The translations under genes and the position numbers were made by a program. From the NCBI GenBank assembly GCA_051362555.1, contig CM120644.1:18560534-18624533 (forward strand): 64,000 nt of DNA, read 5' to 3'. This stretch comes from Lingula anatina (Eukaryota > Animalia > Brachiopoda). Shown here in pieces: positions 11,214-24,362 of this stretch. The stretch's first letter is position 1, and every line of letters begins with the position of its first letter. Under the pieces are notes generated by a model, which worked only from the letters and a program-made list of their open reading frames with translations, had not been told where the DNA came from and ran no database searches.

Positions 11214-12313
11214 GATTTGGAGCAATATTTTGAAGTTATGTTGTTGGATAAGAATCAGTTTGGATAAGATTCAGTGAATATTTGAAGAAAAAAGAATCAA
11301 ATGCACGAGAGTTCAGGTCTTATAAAATTATTTCTTTGAAAGAACTGTCAAACTTGCACTGTTGCATAAAACGTTTACTGCGACAGAAAAAAACGCATAT
11401 TTCAATATATCAAACCAATGTGTATTCCACAAGAATATAACCATCGGATAATAATTGTGTTTTGGCATAGCATTTGTTCCTGGTATCCAAGCCTTAACGT
11501 AATTTCAGTGGTTTTCAGTGGCTTTTGTTACTGCCATTATAATGCTGAATAGGAGATCTATCCACATTATATTTATTATCCCACTGCTGTCCCCTTGGGT
11601 TTCGTACCACCATTAAGTTTTGAGATTATCTAAATCAATATAATGGAAATTTGAATAATTCATATAAAATAAATATCGGATACATAGATCAGGATTTGTC
11701 GCAACCATACTGACTATAAACAGCAAGCTTCTCCCATAGTACAGTGTGTAGTTGCGTGGTGATAAGCTATTATTAACATAGATTGGCATTTCTTTTATTT
11801 TAAATGCTGTCGTCAGCAGAGGTAATACGATGCAAAAGCGGTTATTATATTATCACCCTTAAACGCACCAATTAGGCCGCATTCAGCGCTGAAAGCTAGC
11901 AAACGAACAATATCTTTCTCTGAAACAGGAAGTCTACCCTCCATTTAGTTATAATTTAGGGTTAGCCTGACTTAAGTGGGTCAAAATCTAGGGGGAGGCT
12001 TACCTGTACAAATGAATGGGAAGCGGACTCTCTGTTATGGGGAACTCTCTGCCACGTTACACCGGCCTCGCTACTTCTTGCCCTGGAGGTCCCAAATCAC
12101 GGCCTGCCGTTGGTGCTGGGTTCTTTTTTTTTCTCCAGGGTGTGACCGATCCAGCCACCCCACTCCCCTTCTCCTTAAAAATCTGCTTGGCAACTGGTTT
12201 TAAAAAACCGCCTACAGTAGTACTATATCCCTGTCAGATTTTATATGTACTAATATTTTATCGTTATTATTTATTTACCAGGTCGGGTATCTTTTCCACA
12301 ATTGTTGACGACA

Positions 12314-12986
12314 ATGGCCAGTTTAAAAATGACGATTATAACATATGCAATACTGCTGTTCATTGCAGGTAAGTTTTGGCGATAATCTCCACCTTTCTTT
12401 GGTTTTTCCATTCTTTGATTTTTTTCTCATTTGCCCTCTTAGTCATTTTTTTCTTTCTCTCTGTATTTGCTTTGTAACCTTACCATAAATTAACCTTCTC
12501 CCAAATTCTTCCTCTATTTCTCAATTTATTTTTCTTCATCGCCTGCTTCATTTGTCTTTTTTCTGTCGAAATAGCACGGCGACTTTGAGATCAACTATCT
12601 CATCAAGCATTACATAAAGCATAACATCATTTGTGACACCATAATTCTGTATTTTGCATGCATTTAAACGTTGTCATAATTATCGGTCGCGAAAAGTAAG
12701 CATTACATGCTTAACTTACGAAAACTGCCATTACATGAAGTTATTGTATAAATTAGTGTATTCTGCCCGAGTTTATTCGTCGATGAATATGGCGACGGAC
12801 CGCTTCTTATTTCTTTTTTGCTTCCTTCCACCCTTTCTTCCTTTGCTTCCTTCCTCCGTTTCTTTCTTTCTATCATCTGTTCTTCCTTTCTCTTTTTCCT
12901 ACCGTTCTTTCTTTCTTACCTTCGTTGTTGTGTAAAGGGGAATTTTTTTGTTTCTTGTACTAATAGCTCTCTTACTATTTCTAATT

Positions 12987-13020
<34 letters not shown>

Positions 13021-13133
13021 TACCACTACTACTAGTACTACTACTACTACCACTACCACTACCACTACTACTACCACTACCACTACTACTACCACTACTA
13101 CTACTACTTCTACTGCTACTACTACCACTACTT

Positions 13134-13171
<38 letters not shown>

Positions 13172-13635
13172 CATTTTCACTCACTTCCTTGCTTCTTTCC
13201 TACTTATATTCCTTGTCTTCATCCTCATCCTCCCCTCCTACTCCGCACTAATAGATGTTGCTAGGTCCCCGCAGCGACGGCGCGTGCGTTGGGGGGGAGA
13301 CCATCAGGGTATTAAAGACATCACTTTTTGAGTCGGCCATAGTTAGTCCGCAGGTTATCTGTTCTGAATGAGCTCTTAATTTCCTCTTTCATTGACCAGG
13401 TAACATCAGCGCTATGAGCGTCATGCATGAGGGTCTGCTCTACCAATGCCAGCTGGTCCAGAGGGTTTTACAACAACAGCTACCATGGGCTTATCCGATG
13501 AGAAGAAAAACAAGGAGTGGTTATTACAGGCCGCGCAGGCTTTGCAGATGTCCATTAGAAATTCCAAACTATGGAAAGAGCAGAGCAACCCTTAAATGCT
13601 TGAAGGCAGGGAGATCTAACTGTCATGGTTTTTAA
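12314..13635 (+). CDS. Secreted cationic cysteine-rich prepropeptide, paralog 2 (96 aa)
   Basis: join(12314..12368,13400..13635). MASLKMTIITYAILLFIAGNISA-MSVMHEGLLYQCQLVQRVLQQQLPWAYPMRRKTR-SGYYRPRRLCRCPLEIPNYGKSRATLKCLKAGRSNCHGF. Canonical splice sites, phase 1. Confidence 0.85.
12987..13168. repeat. (CTA/CCA)n intronic microsatellite
   Basis: ~180-bp trinucleotide run. Confidence 0.95.
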
Positions 13636-14319
13636 TCCGTCCCAACGCGTCGGACTTTGTTCAAGGCAGGGACGCGTTTGGCTTCCGCTTTATACTGAAG
13701 AGGTGGGCTTACTTGTAAATGTATTATTACTAAGTATCGGGAGCACGTGTTTGTGTCACGTCACGTGCTTTACAAAATAAGTATACAAACATGGAAGTAG
13801 AACTGGAAGAATAATGTGCACTTAAGTCACGTCACAGAGGTCAGAATGACCCTAGCTAACTACTTAGTTTATTTGAGTTTTCAGCCCAATCAAGTTTTTC
13901 TTACCATTTAAAAGATGATATTCTGCTTCATTCAGACAGGCTCAGAATGTCTTATTAAGACTGTTAAAAATATCAATTTATATCTGAAAAATTAATAATA
14001 AGCTTTCAGACACAAACCAAATGTAAACCCTCAAGTTTGTTCTAGGAAGATAATGCTTTTTTAACTTTAATGTGACAAAAAAAGAATAAATACTTCTGTG
14101 ACTCTTTTGTTTGGTTTTCATAGATTTCATTATCGTTTTTAAATTGTCTTTTTTTATTCCAACTCCCGGTGGGAAAAAAAGTGATAATTTGCTATTTATA
14201 GCTCAAGTCAAATGTAAACCAAGAAAAATTAACAAGACGTGCATGGCGGCTGACATTACCCCAGTGTTATATGGAACTGGATTTATGAACAAATAATATA
14301 TTAAAATTCTGTTTTCTTA

Positions 14320-14473
14320 GGACGCATTCACAACAGTGGACTAACTAGTCCGAGGGTCAAATATGGCGACCCACTACAAAGCTTGTCGTCTTATCCGCTA
14401 ATAGATGCTGAATAGTGGATCGGCCATATTTGACTCTCGGACTATAGTAAGTCCACTGTTCTAAAATGCGGCC
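14320..14473. mobile_element. Tourist-like MITE (paralog of 7249-7399)
   Basis: Same TIRs, TTA flanks. Confidence 0.85.
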
Positions 14474-15651
14474 TTATATGAAAAACTAAATCTACTCACT
14501 ATGTTAAATACTTAAAGCCAAATTTTATCTAGAAGTTAATGAACTGAAAAAAGTGAAATTTTAATAATCAGTGATATGTTGAAAATAAAAATTGGACAAT
14601 AATTACGCTTAAACAAAGTAAATGATTACCGAAAGAGGGGGATGCAGCTAGCACACACACTGTGCATCTTCAAGTAAAAAGAAAGCATTTATTTAAAAAA
14701 ACTCTTCTTTGTCATTTTTATTAAGTTATCTTTTGATAGGGTGATTACATTTAGAAGAGCAATATCCTTCATCTACAATACTGCACCACTATACATTTGA
14801 CCGTAATCCGCAATTAAAATAAAAACAAATCAGAATAGTTATTTAGATCACAGCATTACTATCAAAACACATTCTTATTTAGTCTTTTTATTTCCAATAA
14901 TTATACATGGTCTTCAATTAATGTCTTTTACTGCAAAGAAGTTCATCGGGTATTCGATGGACGTACGATCCTAAAATCCGTGCGTCCGGTTGTGGCCGAG
15001 GCATAAATTGGGAATGAGCCAATACACAGTTTGCAGCTGTGTATTCCTTTATTTTAGCAGCACTTTTTTGCTGTTTTTTCTTTTCGCCCTCTCACATAAG
15101 TTTCGGGGTCTCCACAGGATGTCACCCAAAAAATTAAATTAGAGTGGCTTCAGCAGAGCATCAGGTGGCTTTTCTTGGCTAGAATGACGTTATGCGGCAC
15201 CCACAGCCTCGCTTTAGGCTAGGTTGATCGCGATCAGGTTAACACTACTGTTGACATACTGTAGATCATCTGCTTGTTGAGAAAATTAGTATTTTTTAAC
15301 GGAATCCAAGGTTACCCTTTTTTCGAAATGGCCACTCGGTTTTGGTTGCTGACAACACAAAATCGAAACTTTCAGTAACATCAGGAAACAGCACAATGTT
15401 TTCAAGTCCTGCTTTCTGTAGCCCTACCAACACTTCACCTTTTTTTAGTAGTAAAGAGAAGAATTTCTCCTCAACAACACAAAAACTGACCTTTTCCAAC
15501 AATCCAACACGACAATGGTTATGACGTCATAAGAGGTAGCAACGTCATGGACCGCCGCGGTTGCTGTAACGTTAGTTACAATAACACAACTTTAGACTAC
15601 GGAGGTGTAGAATCTCAAGTGGTGATTATATTTACCTTAATTTACAGTAGT

Positions 15652-15744
15652 ATGGATGAGGTGAAATCGGGTGTAGGCCGATTTGGTCGCATTCAATTAC
15701 TGACATTGACTGGTATGTCTGTCTCAACAACGATTGCGATTTAA
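15652..15744 (+). pseudogene. Second truncated duplicate of the 5' end of the 23530 gene
   Basis: MDEVKSGVGRFGRIQL followed by the same junction sequence as at 8641. Confidence 0.7.
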
Positions 15745-16582
15745 CTATCACACCAAACGCAATCTTAACACATTTTTATCTCTACCTTGGGTCAGTTTTG
15801 TTCCCTTAAAAATAATTTATTCATCAATGATAAGATTTGATATACAAAATGAAAACTAAGTATTACCATACACAACAATGAAAACATCGAACAAGCTCCA
15901 CTTATGGTTCATGAATAATATAACACACAGTATAATGAGAGATCAAGTTCCAATCCATTTATTCAGTATTTTAGGCCTAGAAGCAAGAAGTACATCACAA
16001 TTAAAAATACATTAATTATTTGCAGTCTATCAGCTTAAAAAACACACCCGACATTTTGGCTATATTTTTGTCATATACTGTATTAGAGATAAAATTGCCT
16101 TTTTCAGGTCTGAAATGCTTTCTCATTTTAACACTGCAACATTTTTTGCAAAATTTCTGATATTTTATATAAAAAAATAACCATTATTTTCAAACGGCCC
16201 ACATACACATATGATATGTACGGATAGCTTAGTGAATTACATTTGAAAATGCACTTACGGAAAGCTTTTGGTCCGCGGATGCGAAACCGACCTCTCCCCC
16301 CCCCCCCCTCAAATTGGCGTGGGGTTCGGGACTTGCTGAAGGGCCCCGAAATTTTTTGGTATTTTAGAGGGCGAACGGTGCCATTTGGTACGGTTTAGAA
16401 CTATGATTCAGCTAGTCAAAATTCTAATTACATGAGGAGACCAGAATTGGCGTGTACACATGTTTTCGTGGGTCAAAAACGAAAATCTTAGGTTTCACAT
16501 ATACATTTAAAAGGTTCTAAATCTAAAATTAAGATTGTTTTAGAAAATACATGGCGTCATCAGCATGATCATGAAAATAACT

Positions 16583-16620
<38 letters not shown>

Positions 16621-16664
16621 TTGAGTTTGTCCATGGACAATAAACACGAAAGAGGGATATCCAT

Positions 16665-16929
16665 CAGGGGCGGATCCAGGGTTATTTGAAGGGGGGGGGG
16701 GGTCCGCGGATGCGAAACCGACCCCTCCCCTCCCCTCAACTTGGCGTGGGGTTCAGGACTTGCAGAAGGGCCCCGAAATTTTTTGGTATTTTAGAGGGCG
16801 AACGGTGCCATTTGGTACGGTTTAGAACTATGCTTCAGCTAGTCAAAATTCTAATTACAAGAGGGGACCAGAAATCGAAGGGGGGGGGGGAGGGAGGACC
16901 CCCTGACCCCCCCTCTAAATCCGCCGCTG
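16665..16929. mobile_element. hAT-like MITE (paralog of 9599-9875)
   Basis: CAGGGGCGGATCC...ATCCGCCGCTG, TCCAT flanks. Confidence 0.75.
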
Positions 16930-17942
16930 TCCATACACCCGTAGGGAATATTTCGGCTGTAAGATAAAAATACCCCTACCCTTACCTGCCACTAGTGGGA
17001 TGTACACATTCAACAAAACCAGCTCACTTTTCCAGAGCGTACTCACTTTTTTGATCAGCTTCAATATGCTGAATACTTCAAAAACCTCCGCTTCCGATTA
17101 TTTAAATATTTTATGAGACTTTACGGAAAGTCATGCAGCTCCGTGTGCTTTCAACAGACGTCATGTTTTCGTCATTAACGATTCATTTGTTATGCAGACC
17201 GCATATATCTATTTTCACGTCAACGGAGAGCAACGGAGGGTTTTGTTTGTACTATAAAAACTTAAAAATATTATATATTGGGATATTACGCATGAATAAG
17301 GGTTAAAATCAAAACCCATTTTGATCAGCCTCCAGTTTTTTTATTGGGTAGTATTATAACTTTGTGGCTATGAAGTTTTTTCCGGTGCGAGGGAGGTTTT
17401 TCATCAGCATCTAGTACTTAAATGGATGTGGTAGATTTGGAATGTACGACTTCCCCCAAGAAGAAGGACAGGAGACATACAGTTCCAAAATCGTTATTAT
17501 ATTTTTTTAATACTTGAGTTTGAAAAAAAAAGAAGAAATACGCTAAGGTACTCAAACTGAAATCGTTTGCCAGCGAGATACCCACACCGTAGGAAGTTTC
17601 AGTAACCGAAGAAGATAAAACAAGAAAATACAAAGACCATACAAAGCCGACGAAAACATCCAAAAATAACAAGGTAGGTGTGTTTCAAAGCTCCGCTTTA
17701 TTTAATTTTGGCATGTTATCATTTTCAAAACTTATGGATATAGCGAAGGATGCAGTGTATAGGCAATTTTTTTTCCAAAATATTAAACAAGATGAAATCT
17801 AAAAAAAAGACAATCGTTGTAAATACCAAATACGAGAGGAAAAAAGAACACAGTATCGGTTTCATTATAATTCTAAATATACCAGATGTTTCTGGGCTCA
17901 TGACGGGACTCAAACTGAAACCGGTTTGGGTCTGTGTGATTT

Positions 17943-18261
17943 CAGTGGCGGATTTAGAAGAGGGGAGGTGTCCGGGGAGGGGGGGCTGACCCCACCCTTC
18001 GATTTCTGAAAAAAATCACACCAATGTGTTTCTTTCTATCATCTGTTCTTCCTTTCTCTTGAAATTACAATTTTGACTAGCTGAATCACAGTTCTAAAGC
18101 ATACCAAATGCCACCGTCCGCCCTCTAAAATACCCAAAATTTTCGAGGCAATTTAGCGGACCCTGAACCCCAAGGGGGGGGGGAGGGTCGGCTTCGCATC
18201 CGCGGCCTGTCATTACTATAATAACCGGACCCCCCTTCAAATAATCCTAGTTGCACCACTG
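17943..18261. mobile_element. hAT-like MITE (paralog of 10891-11213)
   Basis: CAGTGGCGGAT...TTGCACCACTG, GATTT flanks. Confidence 0.75.
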
Positions 18262-19363
18262 GATTTGAAGCAATATTTTGAAGTTATGTTGTTGGATAAG
18301 AATCAGTTTGGATAAGATTCAGTGAATATTTGAAGAAAAAAAGAATCAAATGCACGAGAGTTCAGGTCTTATAAAATTATTTCTTTGAAAGAACTGTCAC
18401 ACTTGCACTGTAGTATAAAACGTTTACTGCGACAGAAAAAGAACGCATATTTCAATATATCAAACCAAAGTGTGTTCCACAAGAATATAACCATCGGGTA
18501 ATAATTGTGTTTTGGCATAGCATTTGTTCCTGGTATCCAAGCCTTAACGTAATTTCAGTGTTTTTCAGTGGCTTTTGTTACTGCCATTATAATGCTGAAT
18601 AGGAGATCTATCCACATTATATTTATATTCCCACTGCTGTCCCCTCGGGTTTCGTACCACCATTAAGTTTTGAGATTATCTAAATCATTATAATGGAAAT
18701 TTGAATAATTCATATAAAATAAATACCGGGTACATAGATCAGGATTTGTCGCAACCATACTGACTATAAACAGCAAGCTTCTCCCATAGTACAGTGTGTA
18801 GTTGCGTGGTGATAAGCTATTATTAACATAGATTGGCATTTCTTTTATTTTAAATGCTGTCGTCAGCAGAGATAATACGATGCAAAAGCGGTTATTATAT
18901 TATCACCCTTAAACGCACCAATTAGGCCGCATTCAGCGCTGAAAGCTAGCAAACGAACAATATTTTTCTCTGAAACAGGAAGTCTACCCTCCATTTAGTT
19001 ATAATTTAGGGTTAGCCTCACCTAAGTGGGTCAAAATCTAGGGGGACGCTTACCTGTACAAATGAATGGGAAGCGGACTCTCTGTTATGGGGAACTCTCT
19101 GCCACGTTACACCGGCCTCGCTACTTCTTGCCCTGGAGGTCCCAAATCACGGCCTGCCGTTGGTGCTGGGTTCTTTTTTTTTCTCCAGGGTGTGTCCGAT
19201 CCAGCCACCCCCCTCCCCTTCTCCTCAAAAATCTGCTTGGCCACTGGTTTTAAAAAACCGCCTACAGTAGTACTATATCCCTGTCAGATTTTATATGTAC
19301 TAATATTTTATCGTTATTATTTTTTTACCAGGTCGGGTATCTTTTCCACAATTGTTGACGACA

Positions 19364-20104
19364 ATGGCCAGTTTAAAAATGACGATTATAACATATGCAA
19401 TACTGCTGTTCATTGCAGGTAAGTTTTGGCGATTATCTCCACCTTTCTTTGGATTTTCCATTCTTTGATTTTTTCTCATTTGCCCTCTTAGTCATTTTTT
19501 TCTTTCTCTCTGTATTTGCTTTGTAACCTTACCATAAATTAACCTTCTCCCAAATTCTTCCTCTATTTCTCAATTTATTTTTCTTCATCGGCTGCTTCAT
19601 TTTTCTTTTTTCTGTCGAAATAGCACGGCGACTTTGAGATCAAATATCTCATCAAGCATTACATAAAGCATAACATCATTTGTGACACCATAATTCTGTA
19701 TTTTGCATGCATTTAAACGTTGTCATAATTATCGGTCGCGAAAAGTAAGCATTACATGCTTAACTTATGAAAACTGCCATTATATGAAGTTATTGTATAA
19801 ATTAGTGTATTCTGCCCGAGTTTATTCGTCGATGAAAATGGCGACAGGGCCGCTTCTTATTTCTTTTTTGCTTCCACCCTTTCTTCCTTTGCTTCCTTCC
19901 TCCGTTTCTTTCTTTCTATCATCTGTTCTTCCTTTCTCTTTTTCCTACCGTTCTTTCTTTCTTACCTTCGTTGTTGTGTAAAGGGGATTTTTTTTGTTTC
20001 TTGTGCTAATAGCTCTCTCACTATTTCTAATTCTACTACAACTACTACTACTACTACTACCATTACCACCACTACCACTACCACTACTACTGCTACTACT
20101 ACCA

Positions 20105-20135
<31 letters not shown>

Positions 20136-20215
20136 CACTACTACTACTACCACTACCATTACCACTACTACTACTACTACCACTACTACTACTACTACTA
20201 CCACTACCACTACCA

Positions 20216-20267
<52 letters not shown>

Positions 20268-20278
20268 CACTACTACTA

Positions 20279-20354
<76 letters not shown>

Positions 20355-20362
20355 TACTACTA

Positions 20363-20420
<58 letters not shown>

Positions 20421-20467
20421 TACTACTAGTACTACTACTACTGCTACCACTACCACTATTACTACTA

Positions 20468-20501
<34 letters not shown>

Positions 20502-20524
20502 CACTACCACTGCTACTAGTACTA

Positions 20525-20558
<34 letters not shown>

Positions 20559-20576
20559 CACTACCACTGCTACTAG

Positions 20577-20612
<36 letters not shown>

Positions 20613-20650
20613 CACTACCACTACTACCACTACTACTACTTCTACTACCA

Positions 20651-20694
<44 letters not shown>

Positions 20695-21163
20695 CGTTTT
20701 CACTTACTTCCTTGCTTCTTTCCTACTTATATTCCTTGTCTTCATCCTCATCCTCCCCTCCTACTCCGCACTAATAGATGTTGCTAGGTCCCCGCAGCGA
20801 CGGCGCGTGCGTTGGGGGGGAGACCATCAGGGTATTAAAGGCATCACTTTTTGAGTGGGGTCGGCCATAATTAGTCCGCGGATTATCTGTTCTGAATGCG
20901 CTCTTAATTTTCTCTTTCATTAACCAGGTAACATCAGCGCTATGAGCGTCATGCATGAGGGTCTGCTCTACCAATGCCAGCTGGTCCAGAGGGTTTTACG
21001 ACAACAGCTACCATGGGCTTATCCGATGAGAAGAAAAACAAGGAGTGGTTATAACAGGCCGCGCAGGCTTTGCAGATGTCCATTAGAAACTCCAAACTAT
21101 GGAAAGAGCAGAGCAACCCTTAAATGCTTGAAGGCAGGGAGATCTAACTGTCATGGTTTTTAA
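19364..21163 (+). CDS. Secreted cationic cysteine-rich prepropeptide, paralog 3 (96 aa)
   Basis: join(19364..19418,20928..21163). Same signal peptide as paralog 2; ...VLRQQLPWAYPMRRKTR-SGYNRPRRLCRCPLETPNYGKSRATLKCLKAGRSNCHGF. Confidence 0.85.
20033..20691. repeat. (CTA/CCA)n intronic microsatellite
   Basis: ~660-bp trinucleotide run. Confidence 0.95.
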
Positions 21164-21841
21164 TCCGTCCCAACGCGTCGGACTTTGTTCAAGGCAGGGA
21201 CGCGTTTGACTTCCGCTTTATTCTGAAGTGGTGGGCTTGCATATAAATGTATTATTACTAAGTATCGGGAGCACGTGTTTGTGTCACGTCACGTGTTTTA
21301 CAAAATTAGTATACAAACATGGAAGTAGAACTGGAAGAATACTGTGCACTTAAGTCACGTTACAGAGGTCAGAATGACCCTAGCTAACTACTTTGTTTAT
21401 TTGAGTTTTCAGCCCAATCAAGTTTTTCTTTCCATTTAAAAGATTGATATTCTGTTTCATTCCGACAGGCTTAGAATGTCTAGGACTGTTAAAATATCAA
21501 TTTATATCAGAGAAATTAAAAATAAGCTGTCAGACACACAACATGTAAATCTTCAAGTCTGTTCTAGAAAGATAATGCTTTTTTTACTTTAATATGACAA
21601 AAATAAAGAGTAAATACTTGTGTGATTCTTTTAATTGGTTTTCATAGATTTCATTATTGTTTCAAATTATCTTTTTTATTCCAACTCGCGGTGGAAAAAA
21701 GTGATAATTTGCTACTTATAGCTCAGGTCAAAAGTAAAAACCAAGAAAAATTAACAGGTCGTACATGGCGGATGATATTACTCCAGTGTTATATGGAACT
21801 GAATTTATGAACAAATAATATATTACAATTCTGTTTTCTAA

Positions 21842-21992
21842 GGACGCATTCACATCAGTGGACTAACTAGTCCGAGGGTCAAATATGGCGACCCACTACA
21901 AAGCTTGTCGTCTTATCCGCTAATAGATGCTGAATAGTGGATCGGCCATATTTGACACTCGGACTAGTAAGTCCACTGTTCTGAGTGCGGCC
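21842..21992. mobile_element. Tourist-like MITE (paralog of 7249-7399)
   Basis: Same TIRs. Confidence 0.85.
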
Positions 21993-22243
21993 CTATATGA
22001 AAAACTCAATTTACTGCCTATGTTAAATATATAAAGCCAAAATTTATCTAGAAGTTAATGAACTGAAAAAAGTGAAATTTTAGTAATCAGCGATGTTTCT
22101 TTTACATGTATGTTGAAAAGAAAAAATGGACAATAATTACGCTTAAACAAAAAGTTAACGATTACCGATAAATGAATGCTATCATTTCAACTCACGGGAA
22201 GATAATTTCTTGTCGTTTCTAAAACGGAAGGGGGTGGTGTAGC

Positions 22244-22282
<39 letters not shown>

Positions 22283-22895
22283 GCATCTTCAAGTAAATGG
22301 AAACCATATATATATATAAATATACCTTCTTTGTCAAATTTATTTAGTTATCTTTTGATAGGGTGATTACATTTAGAAGAGCAATATCCTTCATCTACAA
22401 TACTGCATCACCAAGCATTTCACCGCAATCCTTCAAACGTGAAATATATGACTTGTGAGTAAAGAAGTGAGGGGTATTAATAATAGTTTCGATACAAAGC
22501 CGCGATTTTTCTTACTAAAGAAGTTGCATATTGGGGAATAAATTCAACAAAACTTTCTCAAATGAATCCTCTCTAGTTCTTTTATTCAATTTTGCATCAA
22601 AAAACCATATCGGAATGCTTATTTAGATCACAGCAGTACTGTCCAAACACATTCATATTTAGTCTTTTTATTTCCAATAATTATACATGGTCTTCATTTA
22701 ATGTCATTTACCGCAATGAAGTTCAGCGGGTTTTTGATGGACGTACGATCCTAAAATTCGTGCGTCAGGTTGTGGCCGAGGACATAATTTGGAATGAGCC
22801 CTAAGGGTTGTGTTTAAGGGAAGATTGGAGAGAAAATAATGGCAGACTGGAGAGCGAGTCGAAAATAAAATAAAATAAATAAAAGCAGGCAATAA

Positions 22896-23181
22896 GGAAG
22901 CATTCACATCAAAAAAGAGCCGAGGTCTAGTAAGGCCGCGACCTAAATATGGCGGACTTACATTAAAGCCATTAATGGTCTCTACGCCTTTCACACGCCT
23001 CCCCGCGCGTCGGGGCACACTAATTCAATCTCGCCTCAATTCAACCGGTCGAGGGATGTGGGGAGCCGTGTGAGAGGTCGAGAGACCATTACAGGATGAA
23101 GCGGTTTCCCTTTCATGTAGGTCCGCCATATTCAGGTCGCGGCCTTATTAGACCTCGGCTCTTCTCGATGTGAATCCTCCC
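22896..23181. mobile_element. Foldback MITE with long TIRs (Tourist-like; related to the 33305 element)
   Basis: GGAAGCATTCACATC..AAGAGCCGAGGTCTAGTAAGGCCGCGACCTAAATATGGCGGAC / GTCCGCCATATTCAGGTCGCGGCCTTATTAGACCTCGGCTCTT..GATGTGAATCCTCCC. TAA/TTA flanks. Absent from units 1 and 2. Confidence 0.8.
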
Positions 23182-23194
23182 TTAGTACTCGGAT

Positions 23195-23366
23195 CATCCA
23201 TTCCGAATGGGGCCTAACTAGTCCAAGGGTCAAATGTGGCGACCCACTTGAATACCTCCCCACAGGGAGTCTATCCATTGTCTATTAGCGGATTAGACGG
23301 TAATCTTTGTAGTGGGTCGCCATATTTGACCCTCGGACTAGTTAGTCAACTGTTCTGAGTGCGGCC
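23195..23366. mobile_element. Tourist-like MITE (7249 family)
   Basis: CTAACTAGTCCAAGGGTCAAATGTGGCGACCCACT / AGTGGGTCGCCATATTTGACCCTCGGACTAGTTAG inverted arms. Confidence 0.8.
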
Positions 23367-23529
23367 TTATATTCTCAGTACGAAGAACTTTTCGTTTCAT
23401 TCACTGCGATGAAGTAGATGACTGCTGACGATTTTGTGTCATTGCCATAAAACGTTAGTTACAATAACACAACTTTAGACTACGGAGGTGTAGAATCTCA
23501 AGTGGTGATATTATTTACCTTAATTTAGT

Positions 23530-24312
23530 ATGGATGTGGGGGAATCGGGTGTAGGCCGATTTGGACGCATTCAAATACGAGTCAGACAGTCTGCTGCGCG
23601 TGTTGTAAGTAGCATCCGACGACGCAGTGGAAGGATTTCAGTGAAAACATCTCCGGATCAGGCTGCTGCTCCAGGCGCTGATGGAAGTGAGGATCCTATC
23701 GCAGAGAAAAAGGTACAAGGAACAATTTGAGATGCAATGGCAATAGAGGTTGTCCGGGTTCTCAACGAGAAGACCACATTTCTCCGTGATTTTACGAGAT
23801 CTGCCTTGAGGTGGGGTTAAAATATGGAGACCACAAGGAAGTAGAGCAGCGATTTCTTTACTTGAAAAATAGCTGAACTTACAAAAATTTTGAGCTACAG
23901 GCTTGTTCTTTTTTCACTTTATAAAGAAAAAGTATTGATATAATATGTACGTACAACTGACATGTTGAATTTGCCAAGCTAAGAGCCGGTGACGCTTGCA
24001 AAGCAAAATTCGCCCGGAGGACGTACTACGCAGCAAAGGTCGCGTTTAAACAGGCTACATCACCAGAGATTTGCTTGTGGCACAGGAAAATGACATTAGT
24101 TATACGCATGCCTTTTAGATGAAAGTGGCTAGGATTGAATGAGAATCGGATGGATGATGCCCCGGCAGCTTCCAATTATTGTTTTATTATTTATTTGTAA
24201 ATAAAATAATCCAGTGCTGTCAAGGGCTTAATTGCTTCAATTTTAGGTTATCATAATTGCTATATTTAAATTGTTAACTCCAGCGTATTGCAATATGAAA
24301 TTTCCTACTTCT

Positions 24313-24362
<50 letters not shown>

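Larger units (their letters stand above)
1043..23579 (+). repeat. Tandem segmental triplication (units ~1043-8641, 8642-15700, 15701-23579)
   Basis: Long collinear near-identical blocks, e.g. 9774/16834 (period ~7.06 kb) and 1043/9774 (period ~8.7 kb because of a 1.65-kb insertion in unit 1). Homology ends at CGCATTCAAATAC (8641, ~15700, 23578). Confidence 0.97.

Noticed and set aside
16686-16967. Recurrent ORFs with 'LVRFRTMIQLVKIL' (also 2118, 27826, 36357, 39253)
   Set aside because: Translations of the hAT-like MITE core in inconsistent frames; non-coding repeat.
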